24,704 nucleotides of DNA from Nitrospinota bacterium (GTDB lineage Bacteria; Nitrospinota_A; UBA7883; JACRGQ01): contig JBHHVT010000006.1 in NCBI GenBank assembly GCA_046754425.1, forward strand, positions 1 through 24,704. Reading direction: 5' to 3'. The notes under the pieces are model-generated. The model was given only the letters and a program-made list of their open reading frames with translations, made no database searches and was not told the origin of the DNA. Shown here in pieces: positions 1-8,738 of the stretch. A program made the position numbers and the translations under genes. Positions within the stretch are counted from its first letter, which is position 1, and each line of letters begins with the position of its first letter.

Positions 1-47
1 CTTCAATTCCCCTCCTTGAAAAGGAGGGGACATTTCATGAATAATCC
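1..47. repeat. GC-hairpin repeat element, family A, copy 1 (truncated by the window edge)
   Basis: cttcaattCCCCTCCTTgaaAAGGAGGGGacatttcatgaataa contains a perfect 9-bp stem. It is the reverse complement of 13596-13640 with 1 mismatch and lies 14 nt past the flotillin stop codon. Confidence 0.75.
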
Positions 48-60
48 GGGCTAAGGATTA

Positions 61-1827
61 CTAATTAATTGGCGGCGTTTCCAGATTCATCCCCTTGGTC
101 AGACTGCTGTCGCCAAGAATGGCGAACGCGCCTTCGAGACTGCCCCCGCCGGTGTTTCCGCCTCCCTGCACCGAGATGCGCGGCACTTTAACGATATTGG
201 GATTTTTGACCGCCGCCGCGAGGAGCTTATCGATTACCGCAAGCTGCATCGTCTTCTCCTTGCCGAGCACGGCAACCTGATCCTTCTGCCCCTTTGCTAT
301 TTCCTGAAGTTTCAGCTTTTCACCTTCGCCGTCAAGCCGTTTGGCCGCCATTCGATGCTGCGCGGCTTTCTTCTCGATTTCCGCCTTCATCAGCGCCTGC
401 TGCTGATCGGCTTCGGCCGTAGCCTTTTCCACATCTATGCGTTTTTTCTGCGCGGCCTCCTCCTGTATGAAGGTCCGCCTCATCTCTTCGGCAAGCTGTT
501 CGCGTTTACGCGCCACCAACAGCTCCGGCGGTATAACCGGATCGCCGAACTTTACGCCGCTTACGTTTAAACCGGCTTTTGCGGCGCGCAGTTTCAACTC
601 CCCAAAAACTTTTTTCTCCAAGAAATCACGTCTGTTCCGAAGTTCCAGAACCCTGCTCTGCTTCCGTTTGGCCGACTTTTTGCCCTTCGTATCGGTTTCA
701 TAATCGGCACTGACGATATTCCTTACCACGCTTCGGACCAACGGCGTAAAAATCTTGTTTTCCACCTGCTCCAGACCGCCGATGGCGGCGACGATTATCG
801 GCGCGGCTTTCGGATCAACCTGAACGGTCGCCCTTAACTCCAGCGGAACCTCCCAGCCATCTATCTTGAGCAATATCGCGCTGTCCGCGGCGTCGCTGGG
901 AACGGCGACACGTTCACTATCCAGTCTTTGCTCGATCTGGCCGTTTTGTTTAACGTTAAGGTCTATCCACCTTTTCGTGTAGCCGCCGATGTAACTCCAC
1001 TTCTGAACCCGCGAGGCTATCGGAGTTATTTTGTACGCGTCCTCGTTCAGGTAGTACGTTCCCGGGCCGAGCACCTTGTTCCAGAGCCCGCGGCATCCTT
1101 TCGGGACAAGAGGAGCCGAAAATGTAACGCCTTCGGGCGGCGTCACACGTTTACATTCCGAGTCCGGCAGTTCCTGCACGGCGGATTTCACCACCCCTGC
1201 GTATCCGCCCTTGATTTTTCTTACCGGTCTGTTTTGTATCGTAAAGAGGTAAGGGTTATAACGGTATTTGCCCGGCTTCAGTACGGTGGTCTGCGGGCCT
1301 TTTTGCCCCTTGCCCTCGCCGAGAAAATAACCGGCTTTCATCATCTCTTTTTCCGTGCCTGGTTTCCATTTGTCGGCAAAAAGCTGGCCCGCCCTTAAAG
1401 GCAGACCGTCTGTTGCGTCGATCATTCCGTAACTGCCAAGAGGCACCTCGTGAACCGGTAATGATTCCACCTCGTAAAGGATTTTCACCATCGGTTTTAT
1501 GTTCAGGCCGGGACCCAGTATCTCAGCCTGCGGGCCCGTCTCCCCGTTAATGGCTATAATCCTGCCCTGCTCCAAACTCTTGCTGCCGTACACTTTGTTA
1601 AGCACCCCAATTTTATCCGCGTCTATGACTACAAACGATGTCTGGGCGGCCGCCAGCAGCGTAACCAGAATAAGGGCAATCCGTAACGGAGCGCGTACCC
1701 AGCCAATGGCAACTTTTTCACCGCCCCTGCTTACGTGCTCATCCGGCAGCGTGTAATGGTCGGGAACCATGCCGGGTATGAATATGGTTGCGATGATTAA
1801 AACAGCTATTACCAATATAGTTGCCAT
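61..1827 (-). CDS. flotillin-like SPFH/band-7 domain membrane protein (YqiK/FloT family)
   Basis: Long minus-strand ORF. The likely start is the ATG at 1825-1827 (MATILVIAVLII...), which is preceded by AAGGAGGAG; the ORF track's longer 61..1965 form adds an unlikely 46-aa extension. The protein has an N-terminal TM helix, then an SPFH-like core, then a long Glu/Ala/Lys/Gln-rich coiled-coil tail (EEAAQKKRIDVEKATAEADQQQALMKAEIEKKAAQ) typical of flotillins. Confidence 0.8.
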   Translation of the reverse strand: MATILVIAVLIIATIFIPGMVPDHYTLPDEHVSRGGEKVAIGWVRAPLRIALILVTLLAAAQTSFVVIDADKIGVLNKVYGSKSLEQGRIIAINGETGPQAEILGPGLNIKPMVKILYEVESLPVHEVPLGSYGMIDATDGLPLRAGQLFADKWKPGTEKEMMKAGYFLGEGKGQKGPQTTVLKPGKYRYNPYLFTIQNRPVRKIKGGYAGVVKSAVQELPDSECKRVTPPEGVTFSAPLVPKGCRGLWNKVLGPGTYYLNEDAYKITPIASRVQKWSYIGGYTKRWIDLNVKQNGQIEQRLDSERVAVPSDAADSAILLKIDGWEVPLELRATVQVDPKAAPIIVAAIGGLEQVENKIFTPLVRSVVRNIVSADYETDTKGKKSAKRKQSRVLELRNRRDFLEKKVFGELKLRAAKAGLNVSGVKFGDPVIPPELLVARKREQLAEEMRRTFIQEEAAQKKRIDVEKATAEADQQQALMKAEIEKKAAQHRMAAKRLDGEGEKLKLQEIAKGQKDQVAVLGKEKTMQLAVIDKLLAAAVKNPNIVKVPRISVQGGGNTGGGSLEGAFAILGDSSLTKGMNLETPPIN

Positions 1828-2147
1828 AATGCTCCTCCTTAGGTTGCTTTTAAGTGACCGGCCGAATGCGTTTCTTCCGGAAAACCATGATCCGGATATA
1901 CTTGCAATTTGACTGGAAACCACTCGTGGTTTCTTTTCGATGTCCCATCCAGTTTTCAAAAGCAAATATTACGCCAAAATGGTAAAGTGCGTATAATGCT
2001 GTTTAATTTGTTGTTAATGACCAACCGGATAAACGGATAAAAGCCGTATTGCCTAATATATATGCATCTTCATATTTTTAATGCCCAATAAACAGGCTCC
2101 CGCATACATCGGGAGGCAATATACTGCCGCCGATTTAATCGTTACGG

Positions 2148-3761
2148 ATGAAACCGGCATGCGGGGGCCGTTCAAATAACAAAATCACATTCCTTCCTTC
2201 GCTTTTGAATTTAAAGCGGGGTAACATTAGGGCTTATAACTTTATCGGGAAGGACAAAGGAAGAGTGGGCAACGATGTACCGGCAAGGCAGAGACTTTAC
2301 TGGTTCCTTGCGCTTATAACGCTTTTCCGTCTCATCGTCGCGTCGTCTTTTGAGCTGTCGCTCGACGAGGGCTATTACTGGCTCTGGTCGAAAAACCTCG
2401 ACCTCTCCTACTACGATCATCCGCCTATGATTGCCTACGTGCTTGCGCTGGCGACATACTTTTCGGACGCGGAGATTTTCATCCGGCTCGCGCCGATCCT
2501 CGGCAGTGTCGTTACATCTTTGCTCCTTTACGAAATGGCCAACGACCTCTATAACGACGAATGCGCGGGATTCAACGCGGTGCTGATGGCGAACGTTACG
2601 CTTATCTTCTCTGCCGGCGCGCTTATCGCCACTCCCGATACGCCGCTCGTACCCTTTTACACGGCGGCCATGATGCTGACGTTCAAGGCCGTGCGAAGCG
2701 AACCGGGAAGCTGGGACGGTTACACCCTCTGGACTGCGGCGGGAGCCGCGATAGGCGGCGCGATGCTGAGCAAATACACCGCCTTTTTCTTTTTTCCATG
2801 CGCGCTTTTGTACTTTTTTCTCTCCACGCGCGGCAGGGCGTGGCTTAAACGTCCGGAGCCGTACCTGGCATCGTTTATATCATTCATCGTTTTTATGCCG
2901 GTAATTGTCTGGAACTCCCGCCACGACTGGGTATCGCTGTCGTTCCAGGCAAAACACGGCCTTGCCGAAATCGGCGGGAACCCGTTTGACCGTTTTCTGG
3001 AGTTCGCCGGTTTGCAGATAGTTCTTTACTCCGCCGGTATTTTCTTTTTCCTGATAGCGGCGGGCGTGTCGGTTTCAAAAAGTTCTTACAAGGAAGTCCA
3101 CCCGAGAGCCAGGGAGGCGGCGTTGTTTCTTTTTTCGTTTTCCATACCGATAATCGGCTTTTTCGTTTTGAACTCTTTTCGGGCGCGCGTTGAGGGCAAC
3201 TGGCCCATCCTCGGTGTCATCCCTCTTTTTTTGCGGGCGGGAAAAATGGCGGGCGGGTGGTACAGCTCCCCACGGTTTAAAATCCCTTTTCGGGCCTCGC
3301 TCGCGATAGCGTTGCTCTTATGGATAGTCTTTCACGTACAGTTGACCAATCCGGTAATCCCGCACCCGAAAAGGTTCGAGATAGGCCGCCGCGTGTACGG
3401 CTGGAGATTGCTGGGCGCAAAGATCGATGAAGCGAAAAAAAGCGGCGATGTTTCGTTTATTGTCTCGAACCGGCACCAGATAGCGACGCTTATGACCTAC
3501 TACACGGAACCGCACATGCGGGCGTACCTGATAGGCGCGAACAACGACCGTTTCACGTTCCTGCCGCCGCCCGACAGCATGAAAGGCAAAAACGCGATAT
3601 ATTTAACCGAAATGGGACGAGACATGATAAAGAGTATTACGCCTCTGTTCGACAAGGTGGAAACTCTGGAAAAAGTGGATATCGTCCGCAAGGGCGAACT
3701 AATCCGCAGCTTCACGCTCTACCTCTGCTACAATTATCACGGCGGCCTGGACAGGCTATGA
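2148..3761 (+). CDS. membrane glycosyltransferase, GT39/GT83 (ArnT/PMT_2 family)
   Basis: 537-aa polytopic membrane protein with the motif ELSLDEGYYWLWSKNLDLSYYDHPPMIAY, which is characteristic of the dolichyl-P-mannose/undecaprenyl-P-sugar transferase family. It has many TM segments and a C-terminal soluble domain. An in-frame GTG at 2265, preceded by AAGGACAAAGGAAG, is an alternative and perhaps more likely start. The AT-rich divergent region 1828-2264 separates it from the flotillin gene. Confidence 0.75.
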   Translation: MKPACGGRSNNKITFLPSLLNLKRGNIRAYNFIGKDKGRVGNDVPARQRLYWFLALITLFRLIVASSFELSLDEGYYWLWSKNLDLSYYDHPPMIAYVLALATYFSDAEIFIRLAPILGSVVTSLLLYEMANDLYNDECAGFNAVLMANVTLIFSAGALIATPDTPLVPFYTAAMMLTFKAVRSEPGSWDGYTLWTAAGAAIGGAMLSKYTAFFFFPCALLYFFLSTRGRAWLKRPEPYLASFISFIVFMPVIVWNSRHDWVSLSFQAKHGLAEIGGNPFDRFLEFAGLQIVLYSAGIFFFLIAAGVSVSKSSYKEVHPRAREAALFLFSFSIPIIGFFVLNSFRARVEGNWPILGVIPLFLRAGKMAGGWYSSPRFKIPFRASLAIALLLWIVFHVQLTNPVIPHPKRFEIGRRVYGWRLLGAKIDEAKKSGDVSFIVSNRHQIATLMTYYTEPHMRAYLIGANNDRFTFLPPPDSMKGKNAIYLTEMGRDMIKSITPLFDKVETLEKVDIVRKGELIRSFTLYLCYNYHGGLDRL

Positions 3762-4315
3762 TCAATTCGGGGAGAGGGTTCCGCAACATCGCGCTGACCG
3801 GCTTCAAGAGCAGCGGAAAAACCAGGATAGGGAAGATGCTTGCAAAAAAACTGAATATGGACTACCTGGATATCGATACGGTGATTGAAAAAATTTACTC
3901 GCGCTCCGGCAATGCGCGACTTCGCGTTAGGAGCATCTATAAAAAATACGGGGCTGATTACTTCCGCCGGCTTGAAGGTGAAGCGCTTAAAGAGGCGGCT
4001 AATAAAGATTCCATCGTGCTGTCGCTGGGAGGCGGCACTCCGCTGAACCGAGGGTTTAAAAAAGCCGGTTTTAAAGGTACCAGGTTCGTCTATCTGAACG
4101 TCAAGCCTTCAATGCTCTACGCCAGGATTAAGCAAAAAGGGTTTCCGCCTTTTATCGATGAAAAACGGCCGCGCGCGTCGTTCGACGAACTGCTGGCAAA
4201 AAGAACGCCGGTTTACGAAAAAATCGCCGACGTGAAAGTGGACAACACGGATAAAAAACCGATGAAATGCGTAAAAGAAATTATTGAAAAACTGGGTGCG
4301 AATCGTGGCCGGTAA
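3758..4315 (+). CDS. aroK: shikimate kinase
   Basis: P-loop ALTGFKSSGKTRIGKMLAKKLNMDYLDIDTVIE aligns with E. coli AroK ([30 protein letters not shown]). A LGGG motif and a C-terminal YEKIADVKVD region are present. The ATG overlaps the upstream TGA (ATGA). Confidence 0.8.
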   Translation: MINSGRGFRNIALTGFKSSGKTRIGKMLAKKLNMDYLDIDTVIEKIYSRSGNARLRVRSIYKKYGADYFRRLEGEALKEAANKDSIVLSLGGGTPLNRGFKKAGFKGTRFVYLNVKPSMLYARIKQKGFPPFIDEKRPRASFDELLAKRTPVYEKIADVKVDNTDKKPMKCVKEIIEKLGANRGR

Positions 4316-5366
4316 CAGCTTCGGGAACCTGCTGACGCTCACAACATGGGGCGAGTCGCACGGCGAGATGATCGGCGGCGTGCTGGACGGCTGTCCGGCG
4401 GGACTGCGGATATCTCTCGACGACATTCAAAAAGAAATAGACAGGCGAAGGCCGGGGCAGAGCAAGATAACAACCCAAAGACGCGAATCGGACAAAGTGA
4501 AAATCGTCTCCGGCCTCATGGACTCCGTTACCACCGGCGCGCCGATATCGTTCCTTATCGAAAACGAGGATAAGGACAGTTCCGCCTACGAAAAGATTAA
4601 GGACGTCTACCGGCCCGGACATGCCGACTACACATACGACGCAAAGTACGGCATACGGGACTGGCGCGGCGGCGGGCGGTCCAGCGCGCGCGAAACAGCC
4701 GTCCGCGTGGCCGCCGGTGCGATTGCGAAATCGATACTTGCCGGCGTGACGATAACCGGATACACGGTTAAGATATGCGTCATAAAGATGGAAAGTTTTA
4801 ACGCCGATGAGATAGAAAAAAACGCGGTGCGCTGTCCCGACCCGAAGGCGGCCGCGGAGATGATCAAGGCCATTGAGGCGGCGCGCAAGGATAAGGACTC
4901 GCTTGGCGGAATAGTGGAAGTGAGGGCGAAAAACGTTCCGCCCGGGCTCGGCATGCCCGTTTATCATAAACTGAACGCCGGCCTCGCGTCGGCGCTGATG
5001 GGTATAAACGCCGTTAAGGGCGTCGAGATAGGCGACGGCTTCAAGGCCGCCGTAATGAAAGGTAGCGAGTTCAACGACGAGATGGAGCCGGGCGATGGCG
5101 GGCCGGGATTTAAAACCAATCACGCGGGCGGCATCCTGGGCGGCATATCGAACGGCAGCGACATCGTTGTGCGGATAGCTGTAAAACCGACGCCTTCACT
5201 GCCGCGTGAACAGATGACTGTCGATAAAAACGGCAACGCTGTCTCCGTAATCGTTGAGGGAAGGCACGACCCCTGCATCTGCCCGAGGGTTGTGCCGGTT
5301 GCCGAAGCTATGGTCGCACTTACGCTGGCCGACCATGTTCTGCTCAACAGGGCGGTACGCATATAA
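4305..5366 (+). CDS. aroC: chorismate synthase
   Basis: N-terminal (V/M)AGNSFGNLLTLTTWGESHG is the canonical AroC signature. The start is probably the GTG at 4305, giving the usual MAGNSFG N-terminus. The ORF remains open up to a TTG at 4284. The start overlaps the aroK 3' end by 11-32 nt. Confidence 0.9.
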   Translation: MAGNSFGNLLTLTTWGESHGEMIGGVLDGCPAGLRISLDDIQKEIDRRRPGQSKITTQRRESDKVKIVSGLMDSVTTGAPISFLIENEDKDSSAYEKIKDVYRPGHADYTYDAKYGIRDWRGGGRSSARETAVRVAAGAIAKSILAGVTITGYTVKICVIKMESFNADEIEKNAVRCPDPKAAAEMIKAIEAARKDKDSLGGIVEVRAKNVPPGLGMPVYHKLNAGLASALMGINAVKGVEIGDGFKAAVMKGSEFNDEMEPGDGGPGFKTNHAGGILGGISNGSDIVVRIAVKPTPSLPREQMTVDKNGNAVSVIVEGRHDPCICPRVVPVAEAMVALTLADHVLLNRAVRI

Positions 5367-5371
5367 CCGAA

Positions 5372-5965
5372 ATGCCCGTGCCGCTGATTCTTGCTTCCGG
5401 TTCGCCCAGAAGAAGGGAGATACTGGAAGGACTTATGATGGATTTCAAAATAAAAACCGCCGACATAGACGAGACGGTTATCGATGGTGAGATTGTCGAG
5501 GAGAGCGCCTTGCGACTTGCCGCCGAGAAGGCCGACGCGGTAGCCGAAAAAAGCCCGGACTCTCTTGTGATAGGCGCGGATACGATAGTCTCCCTGGACG
5601 GCGCGGCCATAGGCAAACCGGTGGACAGGAACGACGCCCGCGATATTTTACTGCGGCTCGGCGGCAGGACGCACGAAGTGGTGACCGCGCTTGCGTTCAC
5701 GCGGCTTTGCGAAAAGCTGCGGAGTTCCGTTACATGCCGCAGCCGCGTTACTTTCCATAATGTAGACGGCGGGATTGTCGAACAATATCTGGAGACGGGC
5801 GAATACGTAGATAAGGCGGGCGGGTACGCAATACAGGGTTACGGGAAAGCGCTCGTAAAGTCCTACGATGGAAGCCTGACGAACATCATCGGACTGCCTT
5901 TGCGAACGCTTTTGTCTTTTATCGTTTCGTACGGATTGGAGCGGATGCCGTGGAGGGACGGTTGA
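5372..5965 (+). CDS. maf: Maf-like nucleoside triphosphate pyrophosphatase (septum formation protein Maf)
   Basis: N-terminal LILASGSPRRREIL and the overall 197-aa length match the Maf/YhdE family. Confidence 0.8.
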   Translation: MPVPLILASGSPRRREILEGLMMDFKIKTADIDETVIDGEIVEESALRLAAEKADAVAEKSPDSLVIGADTIVSLDGAAIGKPVDRNDARDILLRLGGRTHEVVTALAFTRLCEKLRSSVTCRSRVTFHNVDGGIVEQYLETGEYVDKAGGYAIQGYGKALVKSYDGSLTNIIGLPLRTLLSFIVSYGLERMPWRDG

Positions 5966-6585
5966 TGCTTGTAATCGGCCTTACGGGCGGAATCGGCTCC
6001 GGCAAATCGACGGCGCTGCGGGTCTTCAAGCGGCTTGGCGCGCACGTTATAGACGCCGACCGGCTCGCGCGAAAAGCGGCCGCCCCCGGTGAGACAGCGT
6101 GGCACGAAATCAGACGCAGGTTCGGCAACTCCGTTTTTCACCTTAACGGACGCCTTGACCGAAAAAAACTCGCTCAAAAAGTTTTCAGGGATAAGAAGGC
6201 GTTGCGCGGCCTTAATGCGATAATCCACCCGCGCGTGAAAGAGATGGAGGAAAAGCTGATAAGCGCCATCGGGGAAAAGGACAAAAACGCGGTGGTGGTC
6301 GTAGACGCGCCGATGATGATAGAGGCTGGTTTTCACCGGTCGAAGGACGTGCTGGTGGTCATGGACTGCAGCGAGGAAAACCAGATAAAAAGGGCGGTAA
6401 AATCCGGCAGGTTCACCCGATCGCAGGCCGCCTCCCGTATTAAAGCGCAGATGTCGACGGCGAAAAAGAAAAAATTCGCCGATTACCTGATTGAAAACAA
6501 CGGCACTATCCACGATTGCCGTAAAAATGCCGAGGCCGTCTTTCGCGCGATTTTAGTGGAAAAAGGCGCGCGAAAAGCCCGTTAA
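5965..6585 (+). CDS. coaE: dephospho-CoA kinase
   Basis: ATG at 5965-5967 gives MLVIGLTGGIGSGKST, the canonical CoaE N-terminus and P-loop. The A of this ATG is shared with the maf TGA stop (TGATG). The ORF track's upstream GTG at 5950 is less likely. Confidence 0.85.
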   Translation: MLVIGLTGGIGSGKSTALRVFKRLGAHVIDADRLARKAAAPGETAWHEIRRRFGNSVFHLNGRLDRKKLAQKVFRDKKALRGLNAIIHPRVKEMEEKLISAIGEKDKNAVVVVDAPMMIEAGFHRSKDVLVVMDCSEENQIKRAVKSGRFTRSQAASRIKAQMSTAKKKKFADYLIENNGTIHDCRKNAEAVFRAILVEKGARKAR

Positions 6586-6792
6586 TACGAGGGTAAACGG
6601 CCCCGAATGAACTTCTTCTTGAAAAACAGGGAAAAAGCGTACAAAATTATGGGTAGGTTTGGGGACCAGCATACCGGGCAATTGATTATGCCTTGGGGCG
6701 ATATAGGGGTAGAGAGTTAAATTTCCTTCAGGACGGGCAGGCTTTCTATCAGGCTCGCAACAGGGTGCGTAGCTAAGAAACAGGGGAGTGAC

Positions 6793-8670
6793 TTGCATGC
6801 ATTAACCTTTTCAGACAAACCACTGGATGAGGCAGGAGAAAAACAGGCCGCAAGCGAGCATCGCTATACCGACACAAGCCGGAATAAAGCCGAGAAGGTC
6901 GTAATCGCTTCCTGTCTGTCACTATCCGGTATCATTTTTATCGGCGATCTTATGATACCGCTCGGCGTCGCGGGAGGCGTTCCATACGTGGCGGTTGTTC
7001 TGCTTGCAATGTGGGCGCCGTCGCGGCGGCTTATCTACTTAACCGCCGGACTGTGTTCCCTTCTCACCGCTGCCGGATATTTCCTGTCGCCGGCGGGTGG
7101 TGTAATGTGGGTGGTGCTCGCCAACCGCGCGCTTGCGCTATTCGCCATCTGGGCTACCGCTATCCTCGGAAGCAGACTGATGCTCGCCTTAAACGAGGCT
7201 AAAAGAGCAAAGGAAAAAGCCCGGAATTACCTGGAAGTGGCCGGAACCATATTAATGACGGTGGGCGCCGATCAAAAGATAAGAATGATAAATAAGATGG
7301 GGAGTGCCGTACTGGGCCTCGACGAAGACGAAATTGTCGGTAAAAACTGGTTCGAAAATTTCATTCCGGAAAGAACCAGAAAAGATGAGATGTGCGGTTT
7401 CAAGGAGATGATAACAGGCGGTCGGAAACCGGTGTCGGCCGGGAACCCTCCCATCACCTCGCCGGTAATTACAGCCGACGGCGGCGAAAGGCTGATAGCA
7501 TGGCATTTCACACCGTTGCGCGGAGATGACGGCGGCATCGCGGAAGTCCTCTGCTCGGGCGAGGACGTCACGGAACGCAAAATGGTGGAAAATGATCTGC
7601 GGCGGACCAAAAAGAGGGCCGAGGAGTCGGCAAAGTTAAGGGACCGTTTCCTGTCGCTGGTATCGCACGATCTTAGAAACCCCTTGAGCCTGCTGTTGAT
7701 ATTTCTCAGGTCAATGCGGCAAAACGATAAACTGGAGCTGGAGAAAAAGGATAGAAAACTTTTGGAAACCTCCATACACTCGGCTGAAACGATGGCCGAA
7801 ATGATTTCGGAGCTGCTGGAAATGACCCGGCTGAAAAACGGAATCATGAAACCGGAAAAGAAATTTTTAAACGTAAGGCATCTGGTTTTAAACCAGATTC
7901 ATCTCCTCGCGCATCTTGCGAAAAAAAAGGGGATAAGGCTTGTAAACAACATTCCGAAAAACAGCCGTATCTACGCGGATCCGACACTAAGCGACGCCGT
8001 GGTGCAAAACCTCGCCGCCAACTCCATAAAGTTCAGCGAACGGGGCGACACCGTTGCCGTCTTCATGCCGGACGACCGGCCTTCAACAATAGCGGTCTTC
8101 GATACCGGCATGGGAATCGAGCCGGAAAGGTTTAACAACATTTTCAATTATGAAATCCAGACTTCGACAAAGGGTTCAAGCGGCGAGAGAGGAACGGGGC
8201 TGGGACTGCCTATATGCAGGGAGATTATGGAGGCGCACGGAGGGGAACTGCTGGTAATGTCCTCTCCGCGTGAGGGATGTACGTTTATGGCGGTTTTTCC
8301 GGATGTAAAACCTAGGGTGCTGCTGGTCGGAGGGGACGGGTCCGTCTCAAGCGAAATTGAAAATCTGCTGGTAAACGACGGCGCCACAGTGGAGAGCGTA
8401 GATAACGGTAAAAACGCGATGGAGGTAATATCCGAATCACCGCCGAACCTGATACTTGTGGACAGCGCGGCTTCAAGGATAAACGGAATCGACCTGCTCA
8501 ATGAATTGAAAAACGATGAAAATCTACGCCGCATACCGGTAATCGTGACCGCCGAATCGGACAATGAAGAACAGGCCCGGCAGGAGATGCGTTACGAGGC
8601 TGTGGAATATCTGGAAAAGGCTCTCGTGTCAAAAGAACTGATGCCGCTGGTCAAACGACACATCGGCTGA
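6793..8670 (+). CDS. hybrid sensor histidine kinase (TM sensor, PAS, HisKA, HATPase_c, C-terminal atypical receiver)
   Basis: N-terminal multi-TM region, then a PAS-like segment, then an H-box LSLVSHDLRNPL, then N/G boxes (GTGLGLPICREIMEAHGG), then a C-terminal CheY-like domain (LILVDSAAS...PVIVTAESD). The start codon is uncertain: a TTG at 6793 is preceded by AGGGGAG. Confidence 0.8.
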   Translation: MHALTFSDKPLDEAGEKQAASEHRYTDTSRNKAEKVVIASCLSLSGIIFIGDLMIPLGVAGGVPYVAVVLLAMWAPSRRLIYLTAGLCSLLTAAGYFLSPAGGVMWVVLANRALALFAIWATAILGSRLMLALNEAKRAKEKARNYLEVAGTILMTVGADQKIRMINKMGSAVLGLDEDEIVGKNWFENFIPERTRKDEMCGFKEMITGGRKPVSAGNPPITSPVITADGGERLIAWHFTPLRGDDGGIAEVLCSGEDVTERKMVENDLRRTKKRAEESAKLRDRFLSLVSHDLRNPLSLLLIFLRSMRQNDKLELEKKDRKLLETSIHSAETMAEMISELLEMTRLKNGIMKPEKKFLNVRHLVLNQIHLLAHLAKKKGIRLVNNIPKNSRIYADPTLSDAVVQNLAANSIKFSERGDTVAVFMPDDRPSTIAVFDTGMGIEPERFNNIFNYEIQTSTKGSSGERGTGLGLPICREIMEAHGGELLVMSSPREGCTFMAVFPDVKPRVLLVGGDGSVSSEIENLLVNDGATVESVDNGKNAMEVISESPPNLILVDSAASRINGIDLLNELKNDENLRRIPVIVTAESDNEEQARQEMRYEAVEYLEKALVSKELMPLVKRHIG

Positions 8671-8738
8671 TCCGAGCCGCCGGGCGATTCGCCGGTTTGC
8701 CCTGTTAAACCCTCGTCTGCTATCCTTCCCTTCAGCCG

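Noticed and set aside
6586-6792. 200-bp intergenic region upstream of the histidine kinase as a small RNA or riboswitch
   Set aside because: It contains only weak, short hairpins and nothing I can match to a known riboswitch or tRNA-like structure. It is most likely an ordinary promoter and leader.
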